From Candidatus Scalinduaceae bacterium (lineage in GTDB: Bacteria; Planctomycetota; Brocadiia; Brocadiales; Scalinduaceae), in NCBI GenBank assembly GCA_046759445.1, contig JBHICG010000085.1, positions 1-12,819 of the forward strand: a stretch of 12,819 bases of DNA, given 5' to 3'. A program made the translations under genes and the position numbers. The notes under the pieces were generated by a model, which saw nothing but the letters and a program-made list of their open reading frames with translations, was not told the origin of the DNA and did not search any database. Each line of letters opens with the position of its first letter. Position 1 is the first letter of the stretch. This document shows, piece by piece, positions 1 to 6,967 of this stretch.

Positions 1-218
1 CAATACTGAACTCCACTTTTCTTATCCACAAGGTTCTCCAGAATTATTGCACTTCATCGTCAATAAAATACTTTTGACAGTTTTGCAAGATGTGAACAGG
101 CCCGCCAAAAAAAACGTCGGGCAGGCAACGCTCGCAAATATATATGTATGAAATCTTACTTGTTCATACAAGTTTAAGATAGTCGCTAGCTAAATATGAA
201 AGATTATGGACGCTTACG

Positions 219-287
219 GCTCTTTAGGTGCAATTCTGCGAATAGCACCTAAAGAGCTAAGCAATATCGCAAACAGCGATATTGCCG
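219..287 (-). repeat. Double-hairpin element, copy 1
   Basis: Perfect 13-bp IR GCTCTTTAGGTGC (219-231)/GCACCTAAAGAGC (245-257) and perfect 10-bp IR GCAATATCGC (261-270)/GCGATATTGC (276-285). The reverse complement aligns with copy 2 at 341-404. Confidence 0.8.
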
Positions 288-340
288 TTATTATAAATGT
301 GTGGGTTTGTTTTGCAATAGAAAATAATGGGCTGTGAATC

Positions 341-404
341 CGGCAATTTTACAAAATAAAATTGCTTAGCTATTAAGGCAATTTGCGGAATTGCCTTAAA
401 TAGT
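341..404 (+). repeat. Double-hairpin element, copy 2
   Basis: 9-bp IR GCAATTTTA (343-351)/TAAAATTGC (357-365) and 11-bp IR TTAAGGCAATT (373-383)/AATTGCCTTAA (389-399). Shares CGGCAAT, ATTGCTTAGCT and GCWATTYGCRGAATTGC with copy 1. Confidence 0.8.
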
Positions 405-463
405 CAGAAGAAAGAAGCTTGTCAAATGTCACGTGTCGAGGTGTGATTATGTGGAATCGGAGA

Positions 464-997
464 TTACATATCTGCTTCTTTTGACTTAAACCACATCTCA
501 TACAATGGTAAAGATATGAGGAATATGAAACAAAAACCGAGAAGAAAATATGATGCTATTAAGGATATGGTAAATACATCTGATTTGAATCTTATTAGCC
601 AGGGACCCGTTAAGTTCATTACAGTACCAAGAAAGGCAAGAATATATATGGTAATCTTAATCCACTCTCTTATCAAGGTCATGGAAAATATGCGTGACAT
701 AACAAATATGATCAGGGGAATTGTAAATGCATGTACATGGGTGATTTCTGTGATTTCTCTTTTCGTCTTTGGGAATATGAACCCTTCCCGCATAAGATTT
801 TCATTGTTCTCATAGCCTGACTCTTCATTAAAATCTTCCACATTACCACTATAATGACGTACTGTTTTTTTGAGAGAGAAATTAGTTCTCTCGTAAAAAT
901 TGAAACATGCTACGTAAAAGGCATATGCCATTATCACCAGGAAAAAAGTGATGTATAATTTATTGCTTGTTGGAGTTTTTGATAAACCTTTGGGCAT
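464..997 (-). CDS. Hypothetical integral membrane protein (~4 TM helices, E-x-x-H-x-H motif)
   Basis: Open frame 464..1039; the ATG at 997 (MPKGLSK..., 177 aa) is more plausible than the upstream TTG. One N-terminal hydrophobic segment, a soluble loop, then three hydrophobic segments starting at EITHVHAF. Confidence 0.75.
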   Translation of the reverse strand: MPKGLSKTPTSNKLYITFFLVIMAYAFYVACFNFYERTNFSLKKTVRHYSGNVEDFNEESGYENNENLMREGFIFPKTKREITEITHVHAFTIPLIIFVMSRIFSMTLIREWIKITIYILAFLGTVMNLTGPWLIRFKSDVFTISLIASYFLLGFCFIFLISLPLYEMWFKSKEADM

Positions 998-1155
998 TTT
1001 TTTCTGACAGAATAACTGGATAAATGATAAAAACAACAAGGATTATAAACAAACGACACATCAAAAAAAAGCATAAAAAATATTGTAAAAAATTAACTGG
1101 ATTCGTATCATGTACATTCAGTTATCCTGTCAAATATTTTCTTCCTGGTAAACAC

Positions 1156-3135
1156 CTAAGCAGGTACCTTAATTTCTGATTGCAGCTTGGTGATTTTATC
1201 TCTAATTTCAGCTGCCTGCTCGAAGTTTAGTTCTTTGGCTGCCCGAAGCATTTCTTCTTCAAGTTCTCTTAAATATTCCTGAGTTACGTATTCCACTTCT
1301 TCTTCCTTAACCATTGTTCTTGCGACCTTCTTTGAAGCAATTTCATCTTCAATACTTTTTCTAATTCCCTTACGGATCGTCTGTGGCGTGATGTTATTTT
1401 GCTTATTGTGTCTGAGTTGAATCTTACGACGTCTTTCCGTTTCCTCCATCGCCTTTTGCATAGATTGTGTAACTTCATCGGCATATAGTATAACCTCTGC
1501 ATTTACATTCCTTGCTGTTCGTCCGATTGTTTGTACAAGCGATGTCTCAGAACGAAGGAAACCTTCTTTATCTGCATCGAGTATTGTCACTAATGAGACC
1601 TCTGGCAAATCAAGGCCTTCACGTAGCAGATTTACGCCAACTACCACGTCGAACTCACCAAGTCTGAGATCTCTAAGAATTCTCACGCGCTCAATTGTGT
1701 CAAGTTCTGAGTGCAAGTACATTCCCTTAAACCCTTCTTCTCTAATATATTCATTTAGGTCTTCTGCCAGACGTTTAGTCAACGTAGTTACAAGGATACG
1801 CTCTTTCTTATTTACTCTCTTACCAATCTCTTCAAGCAGGTCTTTGACTTGTATTTTAGCAGGCATTACCCTTACGATGGGGTCTACAAGACCTGTCGGC
1901 CTTATTATTTGCTCGACGACTTTGCCACTGCATTTGTCTATTTCATATTCTGAAGGTGTTGCCGATACAAATAATACCTGATTAATCATTGATTCCCATT
2001 CGTCAAAACGTAAAGGTCTATTATCCAGCGCTGAAGGAAGTCTGAAACCATATTTCACAAGTGTTTCCTTTCGTGATCTATCTCCCTGATACATCCCCCT
2101 GATCTGTGGAATTGCCACGTGTGATTCGTCAACAATTAGAAAGAAGTCCTTCGGGAAATAATCAAATAAGGTGTATGGACGTTCTCCAGGAGCACGTCCG
2201 CTGATATGTCGAGAGTAGTTTTCAATGCCATGGCAATAGCCTATCTCTGACAACATCTCCATATCATAACGCGTCCTTGCTTCAAGGCGCTGTGCCTCGA
2301 AATGCTTGTTTTGAGAACGCAGCTCCTTTAGCCGTGCGTCAAGCTCCCTTTCAATCGATTCTATAACACGTTCAATCTTACCTTCAGGCATCACGAAATG
2401 TTTAGCAGGGTAAATAGAAACCTCTTCTAACTCACGTAATCTATCCCCCGTCAAAGGATCAATAATTGAGAGTCTATCAATTTCGTCACCAAATAGCTCG
2501 ATACGATATGCAAATTCTTCGTAGGCCGGATATACCTCGATTACGTCACCATGTACACGAAATATACCACGCTCAAATTTTATATCATTTCTTTCATAAA
2601 GAATGTTTACGAATTTCATGAGAAGAAAATTTCGTTCTATTTCCTGCCCTTTTTTTAAATGAACATACATTTCCTGATATTCTTCAGGTGAGCCCAGACC
2701 GTAAATACATGAGACACTTGCCACAATTATTACATCATCCCGTGACATAAGAGCGCTTGTGGCTGCCAGGCGGAGGCGATCAATCTCCTGATTTATCGTA
2801 GCCTCTTTTTCTATATAGATATCCCTCTGGGGAATGTATGCCTCTGGCTGGTAATAATCATAATAACTTACAAAATATCCAACTGCATTTTCAGGAAAGA
2901 ATTCCTTAAACTCACTGTATAGTTGTGCCGCCAGAGTTTTATTGTGAGACATAACAAGTGTTGGTTTGCCCAATGCCTTTATGACATTTGCCATGGTGAA
3001 CGTCTTCCCCGAACCTGTTACACCTAAAAGGGTCTGGTGTTTTTTACCTGATTTCAACGCCTTTGTTAATTGCTTTATTGCATTAGGCTGGTCACCCTGT
3101 GGCTTATATTCTGCTGATAATTTGAAAACCGACAT
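1156..3135 (-). CDS. uvrB: Excinuclease ABC subunit B
   Basis: 659 aa. Walker [19 protein letters not shown], beta-hairpin [14 protein letters not shown] box, [33 protein letters not shown], and a C-terminal UVR coiled coil ([15 protein letters not shown]). Confidence 0.98.
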   Translation of the reverse strand: MSVFKLSAEYKPQGDQPNAIKQLTKALKSGKKHQTLLGVTGSGKTFTMANVIKALGKPTLVMSHNKTLAAQLYSEFKEFFPENAVGYFVSYYDYYQPEAYIPQRDIYIEKEATINQEIDRLRLAATSALMSRDDVIIVASVSCIYGLGSPEEYQEMYVHLKKGQEIERNFLLMKFVNILYERNDIKFERGIFRVHGDVIEVYPAYEEFAYRIELFGDEIDRLSIIDPLTGDRLRELEEVSIYPAKHFVMPEGKIERVIESIERELDARLKELRSQNKHFEAQRLEARTRYDMEMLSEIGYCHGIENYSRHISGRAPGERPYTLFDYFPKDFFLIVDESHVAIPQIRGMYQGDRSRKETLVKYGFRLPSALDNRPLRFDEWESMINQVLFVSATPSEYEIDKCSGKVVEQIIRPTGLVDPIVRVMPAKIQVKDLLEEIGKRVNKKERILVTTLTKRLAEDLNEYIREEGFKGMYLHSELDTIERVRILRDLRLGEFDVVVGVNLLREGLDLPEVSLVTILDADKEGFLRSETSLVQTIGRTARNVNAEVILYADEVTQSMQKAMEETERRRKIQLRHNKQNNITPQTIRKGIRKSIEDEIASKKVARTMVKEEEVEYVTQEYLRELEEEMLRAAKELNFEQAAEIRDKITKLQSEIKVPA

Positions 3136-3224
3136 CTGATGTAAATTTAGCTCCTTTCAGTCACTAATTTAGTAATTGAACAATTAAGTAGCTGAGTAAT
3201 TGGGGAGGGAATAGTTGCATTGCT

Positions 3225-3247
3225 TATCCTGAAAAGAATTCAGGATA
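3225..3247. repeat. Solo palindrome TATCCTGAA-N5-TTCAGGATA
   Basis: Perfect 9-bp IR (3225-3233/3239-3247). The same core ATCCTGAA-N5-TTCAGGAT recurs at 3299-3319. Confidence 0.75.
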
Positions 3248-3273
3248 GAAAATTTAGCGAAACTTAATTACTA

Positions 3274-3426
3274 TCTGTTGCGGAAACGCGGTTTTGTCAT
3301 CCTGAATTTGTTTCAGGATCTCTTAACATATTGATACATATAGATTCTGACCCCCATAGCTTCCTTGCGTAAGCTAGGAATGGGGGCAGAATGACACCTT
3401 TAGATATTTGGGCTTTCCGCAACGGA
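3274..3426. mobile_element. Putative MITE-like non-autonomous element with internal REP-like palindrome pair
   Basis: Terminal IRs TCTGTTGCGGAAA (3274-3286)/TTTCCGCAACGGA (3414-3426) match at 12/13. Flanked by direct repeat TACTA (3269-3273, 3427-3431). Internal inverted units TGTCATCCTGA..TCAGGATCT and AGATTCTGA..CAGAATGACA. No ORF. Confidence 0.65.
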
Positions 3427-3459
3427 TACTAATAACTAATTTATTTGCTGTACAAATTT

Positions 3460-3468
3460 ATTATATCA
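3460..3468 (-). promoter_or_regulatory. Candidate extended -10 promoter (TGnTATAAT) for uvrB
   Basis: The minus strand reads TGATATAAT, a perfect extended -10, just downstream of the AI-2E stop and pointing toward uvrB. Confidence 0.5.
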
Positions 3469-3489
3469 TTAGTCGTGAATCCTCAAATG

Positions 3490-4719
3490 CTAACTTCCCT
3501 TAAAAAATTTTGTATCTTTATATTTGATAATACCTTCATCGATCAATACCTTTACCACAGATGCAATAGGCACTGCAAGCAAAAGACCTAAAAATCCCAA
3601 TACCTGGCTACAAATAAGTATTGCAAGGATGATGGCAACTGGATTCAAGCCCAGTTTAGTACCCACAATCTTTGGTGTAATCACGGTACCCTCAAGAAAT
3701 TGCCCTATACCAAAAACCAACCCAACAAGAAGTAGATGAGTAATGTCTTGAAATTGGATAAATGCAAGGATCAGGGCCGGGATAAGCCCTAACCCTAAGC
3801 CAATATAAGGTATCATATTTCCAAACCCGCCTATAACGGCTAAAAGGTAAGACATGGGAATCCCAATGATAGTGAGCCCTACACCATAAATAATTGATAG
3901 TATGAGACTAACCGTAATCTGACCTCTAAAAAATGCCTTGAGATTTTCGTCTATCCTGCACATTATATCAGATATCTTGCTTTTCCTCTTAATCGGCAAC
4001 AACTCTTTACCCCTTGATACAATTTCATCAAAATCCTTTAAGAGATATATAGTAACAACCCCAAATATAACAACGTTCATAATTATTCCAAAGAAACCAA
4101 ATGTGCTGGAGAATATGTTTTTAACAATTCCGAATACCAGGTTCAAAACTTGTGGTACATATTTTTTTAACTCAAGAATGGGTTTTGGAATAGGATATTT
4201 CTCATCAACAGACTCTTTAGTAACAGGGGCCTTTGTTTCTTCTTCTTTTGGTTGCTTGTCTTCTACTTTTCCTTCTTTGATTTCCTCTTCCTTGATTGTC
4301 TGTAATCCTAATTGTGATTTAAGCAACTCTACAATCTCTGTATCACCGTATTCTTCAATTATCTTTCCCACCTTTTTCTGATATTTTGGATATTGATCCT
4401 TCAGGGCAATTCCAACATGTTGAATACCATTAACGGTTTTAGGAATCGTGTATGTTAATAAGCCCCCTATGATTAGGACTATTCCCGTTAATAGCACTGC
4501 TATGGCAAGACCACGGGGTATACACCTTTTTGAGAATATGATTCTTCTCCTTGATATACAATCCACTACCGGGTCAAAGATATAAGCAATCGTAAAGGCA
4601 AGAAAGAGTGAGATTAATATGCCTTTCAGGAAATAACACAAGGTAAAGAATAATGCGATAGCACAAAACCCTATAAATGTCCTTATCCACATATTTTCTA
4701 GTAATTTTTGTCTTTCCAT
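3490..4719 (-). CDS. AI-2E family transporter (PerM/UPF0118)
   Basis: 409 aa, multi-TM. LAFTIAYIFDPVV, FFRGQ, NMIPYIG, QFLEGTVITPKIVG..LGLNP, GFLGLLLAVP. SD AAAAGGAG 8 nt upstream of the ATG. Confidence 0.93.
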   Translation of the reverse strand: MERQKLLENMWIRTFIGFCAIALFFTLCYFLKGILISLFLAFTIAYIFDPVVDCISRRRIIFSKRCIPRGLAIAVLLTGIVLIIGGLLTYTIPKTVNGIQHVGIALKDQYPKYQKKVGKIIEEYGDTEIVELLKSQLGLQTIKEEEIKEGKVEDKQPKEEETKAPVTKESVDEKYPIPKPILELKKYVPQVLNLVFGIVKNIFSSTFGFFGIIMNVVIFGVVTIYLLKDFDEIVSRGKELLPIKRKSKISDIMCRIDENLKAFFRGQITVSLILSIIYGVGLTIIGIPMSYLLAVIGGFGNMIPYIGLGLGLIPALILAFIQFQDITHLLLVGLVFGIGQFLEGTVITPKIVGTKLGLNPVAIILAILICSQVLGFLGLLLAVPIASVVKVLIDEGIIKYKDTKFFKGS

Positions 4720-4772
4720 TAAACCAGCTCCTTTTAGCCCTACTGAACTTACAATTTTATACAGAGGAAATG

Positions 4773-5141
4773 TTAATTTATAAAGACGAGTTCTTTAATC
4801 TTTTTTACTGTTTTTATTCCAATGCCATTAACCTCAGACAATTGTTCTATTGTCCTAAAGGGGCCTTTGCTTTTTCGATATTCGACAATAGCCTTTGCCT
4901 TTTTCTCTCCAATCCTCGGCAGAATAATAAGTTCGTACCATTCAGCCCTATTTAAGTCAATCTTTAATTTTATTGATTCAGGATCAGTGTCTACAACTTC
5001 GGTTTCAGGAAGCCACCAGTGGTAGTCCATCGTATACTTGATTCCTATACCTATTAAGAGGGTAGTGATCAGGAAGAATGTGGCAATAAGTTCCTTTCTT
5101 GAAAATTCCAAAATCTTTGATGGTCGAGGAGGTTCAGCCAT
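4773..5141 (-). CDS. comEA: ComEA-like membrane-anchored helix-hairpin-helix DNA-binding protein
   Basis: 122 aa. One TM helix, then KIDLNRA..EL..LPRIGEKKAKAIVEYR..GPF..IEQL..VNGIG tandem HhH. No SLBB domain. Confidence 0.85.
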   Translation of the reverse strand: MAEPPRPSKILEFSRKELIATFFLITTLLIGIGIKYTMDYHWWLPETEVVDTDPESIKLKIDLNRAEWYELIILPRIGEKKAKAIVEYRKSKGPFRTIEQLSEVNGIGIKTVKKIKELVFIN

Positions 5142-5200
5142 TTTATAAGTATGAGAGATGGTATGTAAAGTCTTATTGATTTCTTTTTAAATGTATAAAA

Positions 5201-5228
5201 ATTTTAGTTATTTACAATCTACGGTCAA
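5201..5228 (-). promoter_or_regulatory. Candidate sigma70 promoter for comEA-like gene
   Basis: Minus strand TTGACC (5228-5223), 16-nt spacer, TAAAAT (5206-5201). Confidence 0.4.
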
Positions 5229-5300
5229 GTAAATTCTAATAAGATATCTCTGAGTTTCAATAACTAACTTGCCTAAATGAACCGATCAGGTGTGATTCTG

Positions 5301-5317
5301 CCTGTCCTTCGGACAGG
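5301..5317. repeat. GC-rich hairpin CCTGTCC-TTC-GGACAGG
   Basis: 7-bp perfect stem with 3-nt loop, extended by ATTCT (5295-5299)/AGAAT (5321-5325). Lies between divergent genes and has no U-tract. Confidence 0.55.
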
Positions 5318-5436
5318 TCGAGAATTGCCAATAACATTTTTGGGCATTTGAGATTTTCTGTAACAGAAATTAATTATATGTCCCGCAAAGTGGATAAACT
5401 AAGCGAACCTTCTGAATTATGTGGTTATCTTTTATC

Positions 5437-5465
5437 TTGAACTACTATGGGGTGTTATGTAGAAT
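5437..5465 (+). promoter_or_regulatory. Candidate sigma70 promoter for the pyrophosphorylase-pgi unit
   Basis: TTGAAC (5437-5442), 17-nt spacer, TAGAAT (5460-5465), ending 9 nt before ATG 5475. Confidence 0.55.
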
Positions 5466-5474
5466 TCTTGCATT

Positions 5475-6929
5475 ATGAGTGTAAAGAAAATCAAATGTGA
5501 AGAAATACAGATAAAAGACAAATCTGACAAACTCCTTGTGAAAAAGGTCTTTGACTTTGGTCAGGAACATGTTTTTGGGTGGTGGAATGAACTTCCCGTA
5601 AATGAGCAGAGCAATCTTTTAAACCAATTAAGATATATAGATTTTACATTACTTCAAGACCTTATTGATAAACATGCCAAGGAAAACAAACTTACAAGCA
5701 CAAAGACAGCAACATTAAAACCACCCAAAATAATCCCAATACCACAAGATGATTTACAGAAGGCTCGCGCAATTAAGGCTAAAGAGATTGGGAAAAAAGC
5801 CATAAAGGCAGGCATGGCTTCAGTTGTTACGGTTGCCGGAGGTTTGGGAACAAGGCTGGGAGCCAATAGACCCAAAGGCACACTTCCGATAGCCCCTATT
5901 ACGGGTAAAAGTATATTTCAATTACACGCTGAAAAAATCCTCGCTACTATGAAAAGGTATAATACCATTATTCCCTGGTATATTATGACAAGCCTTAATA
6001 ATGATGATATGACACGCAATTTTTTTGAAGAAAACAATTTTTTTGGTTTAGACAAGGGTAACGTTTCTTTTTTCACGCAAGACGTCCTCCCTGTAATAGA
6101 CCTTCACGACAAGTTATTAATGGATTCAAAGAGTAATATAGTAACAAGCCCTAATGGCCATGGTGGGACATTATTTGCCTTAAAGGAAAAAGGTATTTTG
6201 TCCAACATGAGGGAACGCGGCATTAGGCATATCTTTTATCATCAGGTAGATAATGTCTTGATTAAGATTGTCGACCCTGTTTTTTTAGGCTATCACATCA
6301 GCGAGGGTGCAAAGATGTCACCCAAGGTAGTAAGGAAGACTGATCCTGAAGAAAAAGTTGGCATTATTGGTATAAGAGATGGCCATTTAGATACAATAGA
6401 ATACAGCGAACTGAGTGATGAGGAAAAGCATGCAAGGAATCCAGATGGAACGCTCAAATTTGGTATGGGAAGTCCTGCAATTTACTTACTCGATGTGGAT
6501 TTTGTTGAAAAAATTAATGAAGGTAGCCTTGCACTCCCTTATCATGAAGCATTGAAGAAGGTGCTTTGTATCGGTGAAGATGGCAACAAAGTAAATCCTG
6601 TTGAAAGCAACGCAGTTAAATTTGAGATGTTTATATTCGACGCCTTAAAGTATGCAGGAAAGTCCATAATTATGGAGGTTTTGCGTGAAGATGAGTTTTC
6701 ACCTGTAAAGAATGACAAGGGGGAATGTTCACCAGAGACTGCCAGGCAACATATGACAAATCTTTTCGGCAGATGGTTAAGAGAAACGGGAGTTAAAATC
6801 GCTGTGGATAAAGATGGAAATGTCAGAGGAACCATTGAGATTAGTTCGCTTTACGCCTTAGACGCTGAAGAACTGGAAAACAAAGTTGATAAGAAAATCA
6901 CTTTTACGGGTGAATTGAACCTACAGTAA
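5475..6929 (+). CDS. UDPGP type 1 / UAP1-like nucleotide-sugar pyrophosphorylase (probable UDP-N-acetylglucosamine pyrophosphorylase)
   Basis: 484 aa. AGGLGTRLG..PKG, IPWYIMTS, FFTQ, SPNGHGG, QVDN, EKVG, IEYSE, KFEMFIFD, EFSPVKN. This is the eukaryotic-type family, with no GlmU beta-helix domain. Confidence 0.9.
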   Translation: MSVKKIKCEEIQIKDKSDKLLVKKVFDFGQEHVFGWWNELPVNEQSNLLNQLRYIDFTLLQDLIDKHAKENKLTSTKTATLKPPKIIPIPQDDLQKARAIKAKEIGKKAIKAGMASVVTVAGGLGTRLGANRPKGTLPIAPITGKSIFQLHAEKILATMKRYNTIIPWYIMTSLNNDDMTRNFFEENNFFGLDKGNVSFFTQDVLPVIDLHDKLLMDSKSNIVTSPNGHGGTLFALKEKGILSNMRERGIRHIFYHQVDNVLIKIVDPVFLGYHISEGAKMSPKVVRKTDPEEKVGIIGIRDGHLDTIEYSELSDEEKHARNPDGTLKFGMGSPAIYLLDVDFVEKINEGSLALPYHEALKKVLCIGEDGNKVNPVESNAVKFEMFIFDALKYAGKSIIMEVLREDEFSPVKNDKGECSPETARQHMTNLFGRWLRETGVKIAVDKDGNVRGTIEISSLYALDAEELENKVDKKITFTGELNLQ

Positions 6930-6967
6930 ATTTTGTGTTGCAACACAAAATTTATATGGAGAAATAT

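Noticed and set aside
22..30. Perfect DnaA box TTATCCACA suggesting oriC
   Set aside because: A single perfect box with only weak partial matches nearby and no dnaA/dnaN context. It cannot be fully excluded without the sequence to the left.
212..404. CRISPR array, tRNA or attC interpretation of the hairpin cluster
   Set aside because: No direct repeats with regular spacers, no cloverleaf or T-loop motif, and no proper RYYYAAC...GTTRRRY single-stem architecture.
516..815. 99-aa plus-strand ORF
   Set aside because: Antisense shadow of the membrane protein gene with no recognisable motif.
1107..1133. Promoter for the membrane protein gene (perfect TTGACA on the minus strand at 1133-1128)
   Set aside because: The best -10 (CATGAT) is only 15 nt away and nothing good lies at 16-18 nt, so it is too weak to call.
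1284..1981. Short ORFs 1284..1502 (-) and 1697..1981 (+)
   Set aside because: Entirely inside uvrB in an alternative frame or antisense.
3136..3489. Canonical LexA/SOS box upstream of uvrB
   Set aside because: I did not find a convincing consensus CTGT-N8-ACAG or GAAC-N4-GTTC site by eye.
4683..4691. Second perfect DnaA box
   Set aside because: Lies inside the AI-2E coding sequence (Met-Trp-Ile codons) and is isolated.
3524..5025. Plus-strand ORFs 3524..3739, 3938..4381, 4677..4955, 4822..5025
   Set aside because: Antisense to the well-supported AI-2E and ComEA-like genes, with composition typical of shadow ORFs.
5475..6929. Calling the gene glmU or galU
   Set aside because: It lacks the GlmU hexapeptide acetyltransferase domain and the GalU size and motifs. 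It belongs to the UDPGP type 1 family, so no symbol was assigned.
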